Positions 55,870 to 64,000 of a stretch of 64,000 bases of DNA are shown here, one piece after another. A model generated the notes under the pieces. The model was not told the origin of the DNA and made no database searches. It saw only the letters and a list, made by a program, of their open reading frames with translations. This DNA comes from Nitrospirota bacterium (lineage in GTDB: Bacteria > Nitrospirota > Thermodesulfovibrionia > Thermodesulfovibrionales > Dissulfurispiraceae): positions 2,903-66,902 of the forward strand of contig JADFXI010000002.1 of assembly GCA_015233655.1 (NCBI GenBank). The letters run 5' to 3'. Within the stretch, counting starts at the first letter, position 1. The number at the start of each line of letters is the position of its first letter. Position numbers and translations under genes: made by a program.

Positions 55870-57282
55870 TTATATGTCGTAGTACAGGAAGAACTCATAC
55901 GGATGCGGCCTGAGTCTGAGGGCATCCACTTCTTTTGTCCTCTTGTAGCTTATCCACATTTCTAGGGCGTCCTCGGTGAAGACATTGCCTTTCATCAGGT
56001 AATCATGGTCTTCCTCAAGATGGTTGAGGGCCTCATCAAGACTCCCCGGCATGGTCGGCACTGATGCAAGTTCCTCAGGGCCGAGTTCGTAGATGTCTTT
56101 ATCAAGCGGCTCGCCGGGATGGATCTTGTTTTCGATGCCGTCGAGTCCTGCCATCAGCATTGCTGCAAAGGCAAGGTATCCGTTGCACGAAGGGTCAGGG
56201 AACCTGACCTCGGCCCGCTTTGCCTTAGGGCTTGGCGAATATGTAGGTATCCTGACTGATGCGGAACGGTTTCTTGCAGAGTAGGCAAGGTTGACCGGAG
56301 CTTCGAAGCCCGGGGTCAATCTCTTGTACGAGTTGGTTGTCGGATTAGTAAGAGCGGCAAGAGATTTTGCATGCTTGATAATACCGCCTATGTAGTAAAG
56401 AGCCATTTCGCTCAGACCCGCATAGCCATTGCCTGCAAACATGGGCTTGCCGTTTTTCCATATGCTCTGGTGGCAGTGCATGCCTGAACCATTATCGCCG
56501 AATATGGGCTTAGGCATAAACGTTACGGTCTTGCCATGCCTTCTGGCAACATTCTTAATAATGTATTTAAAGAGCATCAGCTTATCTGCCATAGTGACCA
56601 GCGAATCGAAGCGCATGTCGATTTCAGCCTGTCCTGCCGTGGCGACTTCGTGGTGTTCTCTTTCGACATAGATGCCGCATTTCTGCATCTCCAAAACCAT
56701 TTCGGTCCTGAGATTCACTTGGCTGTCTGTCGGCGGTACTGGGAAATAGCCTTCCTTATGCCGTGGCTTATATCCTAGGTTCGGTCTTTCATCACGGCCT
56801 GAATTCCATATTCCCTCAACTGAATCGAGGAAGTAATAACCGCTGTGAGAATTCTGGTCGAACATTATATCGTCAAAAATGAAGAATTCCGCCTCTGGAC
56901 CGAAATAAGCGGTATCTCCTATGCCTGTTGACTTAAGATACGCTTCAGCTTTCTGAGCTATGTATCTGGGGTCCCTTGAGTAAAACTCTTTTGTGATAGG
57001 GTCCACAATATTGCAAATAAGGCTTATGGTCGGGTATTCCATGAAAGGGTCCATAAAAGCTGTGCCTGGATCAGGGATGATCAGCATGTCAGAGGTATTG
57101 ATCGCCTGCCAGCCCCTTATGGAAGAGCCATCGAAACCCAAGCCGGCTTCAAATACTTCTTCAGATAATTCTGCAATAGGCACTGCAAAGTGCTGCCAGA
57201 TCCCCGGAAAGTCAAGGAACTTGAAATTTGCCATTACGGCTTTGTTTTCCTGCGCCATCTTTAGTACATCTTTTGGTGTCAT
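55870..57282 (-). CDS. glnA: glutamine synthetase type I
   Basis: 470 aa with [24 protein letters not shown] and the adenylylation-site-region NLYE-like DIYEL. Confidence 0.95.
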   Translation of the reverse strand: MTPKDVLKMAQENKAVMANFKFLDFPGIWQHFAVPIAELSEEVFEAGLGFDGSSIRGWQAINTSDMLIIPDPGTAFMDPFMEYPTISLICNIVDPITKEFYSRDPRYIAQKAEAYLKSTGIGDTAYFGPEAEFFIFDDIMFDQNSHSGYYFLDSVEGIWNSGRDERPNLGYKPRHKEGYFPVPPTDSQVNLRTEMVLEMQKCGIYVEREHHEVATAGQAEIDMRFDSLVTMADKLMLFKYIIKNVARRHGKTVTFMPKPIFGDNGSGMHCHQSIWKNGKPMFAGNGYAGLSEMALYYIGGIIKHAKSLAALTNPTTNSYKRLTPGFEAPVNLAYSARNRSASVRIPTYSPSPKAKRAEVRFPDPSCNGYLAFAAMLMAGLDGIENKIHPGEPLDKDIYELGPEELASVPTMPGSLDEALNHLEEDHDYLMKGNVFTEDALEMWISYKRTKEVDALRLRPHPYEFFLYYDI

Positions 57283-57343
57283 ACACCCTCCTTTATAATT
57301 TTAGGCTGAGGTCAAGTCTCCCCCCTTGACCCTGGCCCGTAGT

Positions 57344-57685
<342 letters not shown>

Positions 57686-57786
57686 TCACCTCCTCAAAAA
57701 AATAAAATGCCCAGAAGCCAGTGACCAATGGCCGTGGTGACTATATCTATACCTTATGTTTGAGCCACACGGCGGCCGGCTATCCG

Positions 57787-58488
57787 CTAGTGGCTGCTAT
57801 TGCCAAAGAAAACATCGTAAAACTTGCAGGCCCGGGCTGTGTAAACATCATAGAGGCTTTCTGTTTCGGTCTTCAACTTTTCTATGTCTACAGCCTCGTT
57901 TTTCAACCACTCATAGACCATTATCTTTTGGACCTCGATATGGAACTGAAAAGCATAAGCATTATTGCCGTGCCTGAATGCCTGGTTCGGATAAAGAGCT
58001 GAGCTTGCCAGCCTGACAGCTCCTTGAGGGATGTCGAAAGTCTCGCCGTGCCAATGGAAGACTTTAATATTCCTCCCGATATCGCCTGTATCAGGATGCT
58101 TGGCCAGACACTTGATGCGTTCATCCATCAAACCTTCCTCAGTGATATCTATATCATACCAGCCTATCTCTTTTTGAGCGCCCTTATACACCCTTGACCC
58201 AAGGGCCTTTGCCATTATTTGAGCGCCAAGGCATACACCAAGGACCCGCTTGCCGACTGCGATGAAATCCCTGACAAGTTGTTCTTCCTTTTTAATATAA
58301 GGAAAGATATCGTCCTCATTGACACTCATGGGGCCGCCCATCATGACAAGTGTATCATAATCAGCGGGGTTGGCAATATCTCCTGTCGCCATTTCAACAA
58401 TTGTATAAGCGATATTTTTTGCCTTAAGGAAATCCTCAATGGTGCCGGGTCCTTCGCTCGCTATGTTCTTACAAATCAGGACAGACAT
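57787..58488 (-). CDS. class I glutamine amidotransferase-like protein
   Basis: Catalytic GVCLGAQ cysteine and the FQFHIE His/Glu pair. ATG 58488 is preferred. Confidence 0.75.
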   Translation of the reverse strand: MSVLICKNIASEGPGTIEDFLKAKNIAYTIVEMATGDIANPADYDTLVMMGGPMSVNEDDIFPYIKKEEQLVRDFIAVGKRVLGVCLGAQIMAKALGSRVYKGAQKEIGWYDIDITEEGLMDERIKCLAKHPDTGDIGRNIKVFHWHGETFDIPQGAVRLASSALYPNQAFRHGNNAYAFQFHIEVQKIMVYEWLKNEAVDIEKLKTETESLYDVYTARACKFYDVFFGNSSH

Positions 58489-58643
58489 ACGGGCCTTATG
58501 ATAGCAAGGGATGTACCAGAATTGCAATGGTAAAAAAACAACAAGTTAAGACCAATTTGCATAGGCGATTGCCTGCATAAAAGGCACCTGCTGCTCATAT
58601 TTTAGGCAATAATCATTGCTTCAAAATTTATGAACTGAAGCAC

Positions 58644-59954
58644 TTAAAGTGTGTAACCGGTCTCGCCGTGTTCGGCAATATCTAGACCAAGCGATTCCGA
58701 TTCATCGTCCAGCCTTAATCCCATGACCTTGTCCAGTACCTTTAGCAGCACTATGGTAACGACAAAGGAGTATACCATTGTAACGCCGACAGCGGTGAGC
58801 TGGGTCGTAAAAAAACGCATTCCGGCGGTGCTGCTGAAGAACAATCCATCGGCCCCGGCAGGATTTATAAGCTTCTGGGCGAGAAGACCGGTTGCCAGGG
58901 TGCCGATAATGCCGCCTACGCCATGCACTCCGAAGGCATCCAGAGAGTCATCGTATCCCAAACGGTTTTTCATGTTTAAGGCCATATAGCAAATAGAGCC
59001 GGCACATAGTCCGATAATCAGTGCGGACATTGGGCCGACAAATCCTGATGCCGGGGTGATTGTAGCGAGTCCGGCTATGGAACCTGTTGCAGCCCCGAAC
59101 ATTGTAGGTTTGCCTCTGTGGAGCCATTCAATAACGACCCAGATGACTGTGGCGCCGACTGCCGATATATGGGTAACTGCAAAGGTCATGGCGCTCAAAG
59201 CACCGGAGGACAGGGCGCTGCCTGCATTAAACCCAAACCACCCGAACCATAAGAGTCCGGCGCCGAGCACTGTTAAAGGCAGATTGTGAGGTGTAAAGTC
59301 ATGCGCATGGCCTTTTCGCTTCCCGATGAGCAGCGCGGCGGCAAGGGCGGATATACCGGATGTGATATGGACTACCATTCCACCGGCAAAATCGAGAGCG
59401 CCCATATTCCTGAGCCAGCCGCCGGTACCCCAAATCCAATGGGCTACCGGATCGTAGACTATAGTTGACCACAAAATTGTGAACACCAAAAAAGCGGAAA
59501 ACTTCATGCGCTCTGCAAACGCCCCGGTGATCAGGGCCGGTGTAATGACCGAGAACATGGCCTGGTATATCATGAATGCTATATGCGGTACTGTCGGCGC
59601 ATAATCAGGATTGGGATCAACCCCTACGCCATTCAGCCCCATCCAACTAAGATCGCCTATGATGCCATGCACGTCAGGCCCAAAAGCGAGGCTGTAGCCG
59701 TAGAGTATCCATTGTATGCTGATGACAGCGATTGCAAAGAAGCTTTGCATGAGAGTGCCGAGCACGTTCTTTCTTCTCACCATGCCGCCATAGAAAATCG
59801 CAAGGCCGGGCGTCATAAGCATAACAAGCGCTGCTGAAATAAGAAGAAAAGCTGTATCGCCGCTATCTATTTTGCCTGAAGTCTGGGCGTATAGATTCAG
59901 CGGAATAAGCAAGAAACCTATTGATAAATAGAGGCAAGTCTTGATTCTCTGCAT
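58644..59954 (-). CDS. amt: ammonium transporter Amt (copy 1)
   Basis: DSGDTAF.L.SAALVMLMTPGLA.FYGG, DFAGG.VVH and FGWFGFNAGS signatures. Confidence 0.9.
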   Translation of the reverse strand: MQRIKTCLYLSIGFLLIPLNLYAQTSGKIDSGDTAFLLISAALVMLMTPGLAIFYGGMVRRKNVLGTLMQSFFAIAVISIQWILYGYSLAFGPDVHGIIGDLSWMGLNGVGVDPNPDYAPTVPHIAFMIYQAMFSVITPALITGAFAERMKFSAFLVFTILWSTIVYDPVAHWIWGTGGWLRNMGALDFAGGMVVHITSGISALAAALLIGKRKGHAHDFTPHNLPLTVLGAGLLWFGWFGFNAGSALSSGALSAMTFAVTHISAVGATVIWVVIEWLHRGKPTMFGAATGSIAGLATITPASGFVGPMSALIIGLCAGSICYMALNMKNRLGYDDSLDAFGVHGVGGIIGTLATGLLAQKLINPAGADGLFFSSTAGMRFFTTQLTAVGVTMVYSFVVTIVLLKVLDKVMGLRLDDESESLGLDIAEHGETGYTL

Positions 59955-60006
59955 GGGCCGGCTCCTTTAAGGGAAATGAGTGTGATGATTTAAAACCACT
60001 TATCAT

Positions 60007-60022
60007 AGCCAGTTCCATGCCC
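60007..60022 (-). promoter_or_regulatory. candidate sigma-54 promoter upstream of amt copy 1
   Basis: The minus strand reads GGGCAT-GGAAC-TGGCT, with GG and GC at the canonical -24/-12 spacing, about 53 nt upstream of the start codon. Confidence 0.4.
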
Positions 60023-60064
60023 ACTGCTTAACTGTTTGATATTAAGGGATAATGCTAAAATGGC

Positions 60065-60104
60065 ATCGCCCATAATCATACAATTTTGTAGGATTATGGG
60101 CGAT
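60065..60104. promoter_or_regulatory. 13 bp perfect inverted repeat enclosing an ATACA-ATTT-TGTAG palindrome
   Basis: ATCGCCCATAATC ... GATTATGGGCGAT with a 14 nt spacer, located between glnK and amt copy 1. Confidence 0.3.
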
Positions 60105-60142
60105 GCATATAGTATTTTGCTCATTTTTAACAAAAAGATAGT

Positions 60143-60187
60143 CTAATTCCTACAATAATGTAGCTCATACAAAAATGTAGGAATTAG
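60143..60187 (-). terminator. 12 bp inverted repeat just downstream of glnK (terminator or attenuator candidate)
   Basis: CTAATTCCTACA ... TGTAGGAATTAG with a 21 nt spacer, 12 nt after the glnK stop. It contains CTACA-ATAA-TGTAG. Confidence 0.3.
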
Positions 60188-60198
60188 TGGCAAGATCT

Positions 60199-61919
<1,721 letters not shown>

Positions 61920-61997
61920 TTAGTCCCTCCAACCCCCGGTATTACTATTTTTGCAGACCCAAGTCCGCCTTAAACAAATTTTGTTTATTTTACAAGT

Positions 61998-62013
61998 AGC
62001 TAAAATTATGCCA
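61998..62013 (-). promoter_or_regulatory. candidate sigma-54 promoter upstream of amt copy 2
   Basis: The minus strand reads TGGCAT-AATTT-TAGCT with exact -24 GG / -12 GC spacing, about 80 nt upstream of the start codon. Confidence 0.5.
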
Positions 62014-62180
62014 GGTGTCGAACACTATGATTTTACGACTAAATTGTTGTTTTTTATTGCTACATATTTGTAGCTGTAACAATAATGTTGGAACAATATT
62101 GTAGGGAAAGTTGTTTTGGAGGGTTTCCCGTACAGGGAGTGTGTCACCATGACTTTATCTGCTTATGCCGGTTATAATAA

Positions 62181-62831
62181 ATGGAAATGGAATTCAATAT
62201 CGATATGCACGTTCACTCAAGGGGCAGCGGTGACTCGGAGGCAGACCCCGAGGATATGATTAAGAGGGCCATAGAAGTCGGGCTGAACGGTATTGTATTT
62301 ACGGAGCATTATTCATATGAAGCTTCTCGGCCTGTCGAAAGGCTGATGGAGAAATACCGCGATGCCATCCTTGTATTGAGGGGAGTCGAGTTTTCGGCTG
62401 AAGAAGGCCATTGCCTTGTGTATGGAGTTAATACAGACACGCTGCTCAACAAATATTCTCCAGTATCAGAAATCCTGCACATTGTGAACGAATGTGGAGG
62501 CGTTGTCGTCCCATCGCATCCTTACAGGGGGATAAACAGTCTTGGTGATACTATAAAGAAGATGAAGGGTATATGTGCCATCGAAGGCCACAACGGGTAC
62601 AATATGCAATCCCTTAACAACAAGGCAGTTGAAGCTGCTGCAGCCCTGCGCCTGCCTTACACAGGAGGCTCGGATTCCCATGATTCGAGCGGCGTAGGCT
62701 CATGTTATACGCAATTTATGGACAGAGTAACCCATGATAATTTCATAGAACTTCTCAAAGCAGGCCGATACCTGGGTGTCGATACCAGGAAAATGAGCAG
62801 CGTGTCATTTCCGCTTTCGAGTGGTCATTAG
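62181..62831 (+). CDS. PHP-domain metal-dependent phosphoesterase
   Basis: DMHVHSRGSGDS, FTEH, PSHPYR and GGSDSH are PHP histidine/aspartate motifs. Confidence 0.75.
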   Translation: MEMEFNIDMHVHSRGSGDSEADPEDMIKRAIEVGLNGIVFTEHYSYEASRPVERLMEKYRDAILVLRGVEFSAEEGHCLVYGVNTDTLLNKYSPVSEILHIVNECGGVVVPSHPYRGINSLGDTIKKMKGICAIEGHNGYNMQSLNNKAVEAAAALRLPYTGGSDSHDSSGVGSCYTQFMDRVTHDNFIELLKAGRYLGVDTRKMSSVSFPLSSGH

Positions 62832-62962
62832 CAGGTTATGTTACAATAATTTAATAAGTTGTTCGGGCGTTGAGGAGAATACTCTGTGAGGCCCTCCCCA
62901 AAAATATTTATAACTTTGTTATAGTTAATAGAATAGAATAACCATAGAGGACCTTTAAATCG

Positions 62963-63424
62963 ATGGTTGTTGAGCCTAGAGATATTAAACATAAAGACAG
63001 AAAAGTCAAGAATAAGCGTGAGTTTTTTAGGCTGGTTGAGCGTATAAGTATCGACGTCCAATTACTTAAAGAGCATCCGAGCAATGGGCGTTCAGGTGTT
63101 AAGGAATATGAAAAAGACGGCAAGCCTTCGGAACAAAATACGATGGATATGAGTGCCGGCGGTCTGCAGTTTTTCTCGAATGTTTATTGCAGGGAGAACT
63201 CTTATGTTGATATTACTTTGTACTTTAAAAAGACAGATCCTCCTTTTGACTCTTTGACTGTAAGGGCCAAGGTCATGAGGACTGTGCAGGTTGAAAATTC
63301 ACAGCATTACAATATAGGCGTTCAGTATGTAGATATAAACCAGAAAGCCCGGACGCATATAGAGCGGTACATATTTATAAGGCAAAGAGAAATGATAGCT
63401 GAAAAAAGGATTGGTTTTTTATGA
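62963..63424 (+). CDS. PilZ-domain protein (c-di-GMP receptor candidate)
   Basis: RxxxR (REFFR) and DxSxxG (DMSAGG) motifs at typical spacing. Confidence 0.7.
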   Translation: MVVEPRDIKHKDRKVKNKREFFRLVERISIDVQLLKEHPSNGRSGVKEYEKDGKPSEQNTMDMSAGGLQFFSNVYCRENSYVDITLYFKKTDPPFDSLTVRAKVMRTVQVENSQHYNIGVQYVDINQKARTHIERYIFIRQREMIAEKRIGFL

Positions 63425-63437
63425 TGAGGACAAGAAT

Positions 63438-63815
63438 ATGAAACTTCTATCAAGTGTGTTAGCCAGAGTATGGTGTCTTTTGTTGTTCATGTTTATGCTG
63501 AATGGCTGCGGCGGCGGGGTCGTATTAGTCGACGACCACAGCAAGGAGTGGATAGCCAGGACTTTGCCGGAACTCAAACAGGAAATGAGCAGGCCGGAAT
63601 CTTATGCATCGAAGATTGGATGGAAAGAGACAACCTATCCGCTTGCCAATGGGAATTATGTCTACGTAGAACCGCTCAGAGAGGGTTGTTTTTTTCACTG
63701 GGAAGTAAATTCGAAGGGTACAATTGTCGGCTATGTTGCGAAAGGAAAGGAATGCGATCAGTCGTCTGATACGGATGAAAGGCTCTCCCGGCAAAAAACT
63801 AGGCAAGATTACTAG
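63438..63815 (+). CDS. hypothetical lipoprotein
   Basis: Lipobox LFMFMLNGC after a hydrophobic leader. No other motif. Confidence 0.45.
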   Translation: MKLLSSVLARVWCLLLFMFMLNGCGGGVVLVDDHSKEWIARTLPELKQEMSRPESYASKIGWKETTYPLANGNYVYVEPLREGCFFHWEVNSKGTIVGYVAKGKECDQSSDTDERLSRQKTRQDY

Positions 63816-63840
63816 AGAGTCATCAAGTCGGCTGCCTGAC

Positions 63841-64000
63841 TTATGTTTTCTCCAGCAGCCGCAGTCTTCCCGCCAGCCACCTTGTTGTCGTTGCCTGTAT
63901 GAATAACGTCATGAGTATGGCTATGAAGATGACAGATGCTATCAATCTGCTGCCGGGAGCATTCAGGCCCATAAGCAGCCCCGCCAAAGCAGCAGGTATG
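63841..64000 (-). CDS. C-terminal end of a membrane protein, possibly a cation/proton antiporter (partial, runs off the window)
   Basis: The minus-strand frame reads ...IPAALAGLLMGLNAPGSRLIASVIFIAILMTLFIQATTTRWLAGRLRLLEKT-stop, resembling CPA1-type C-terminal TM segments. Confidence 0.35.
   Translation of the reverse strand, partial: IPAALAGLLMGLNAPGSRLIASVIFIAILMTLFIQATTTRWLAGRLRLLEKT

Overview
The window splits into two parts. Positions 1 to about 37200 are accessory or mobile DNA, and positions from about 37370 onward are core housekeeping genes. No rRNA, tRNA or CRISPR array was seen by eye.

Accessory part:
- Four type II toxin-antitoxin pairs lie across the window: BrnT/BrnA, a decayed TacA/TacT, RES/Xre and, in the core half, a HigB/HigA-like pair.
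- A same-strand block of about 21 kb (3117-24553) looks like a conjugative transfer module. It combines a type IV prepilin-like gene, one PilB/GspE-type and three PilT-type ATPases, and a CBS-GGDEF protein with F/G-type T4SS parts. Those parts are TraU-, TrbB-, TraH-, TraG_N-, VirB1- and TraC/VirB4-like proteins, a coupling protein and a Replic_Relax protein.
- No recognisable outer-membrane core, PilC platform, secretin, prepilin peptidase or integrase is present in that block.
- Downstream lie an orphan, compact RNA polymerase beta-prime paralogue and a thioredoxin-fold gene with an in-frame TGA at the CxxC position plus a SECIS-like hairpin.
- These are followed by a ParM/ParR-like partition pair with iteron-like repeats, a duplicated hairpin/T-tract/RBS module, a dGTPase-like HD protein and a two-HKD PLD protein.

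Core part:
- Old Yellow Enzyme family reductase, rhomboid protease, CIRCE-groES-groEL, mltG and ispG.
- sixA, an MFS transporter, two Opp/Dpp-type permeases, glnE, cheW and an MCP.
- A nitrogen cluster: glnA, glnB, a class I amidotransferase and two amt-glnK units with candidate sigma-54 promoters.

The host is probably an anaerobic, selenocysteine-using diderm bacterium. That is inference only.
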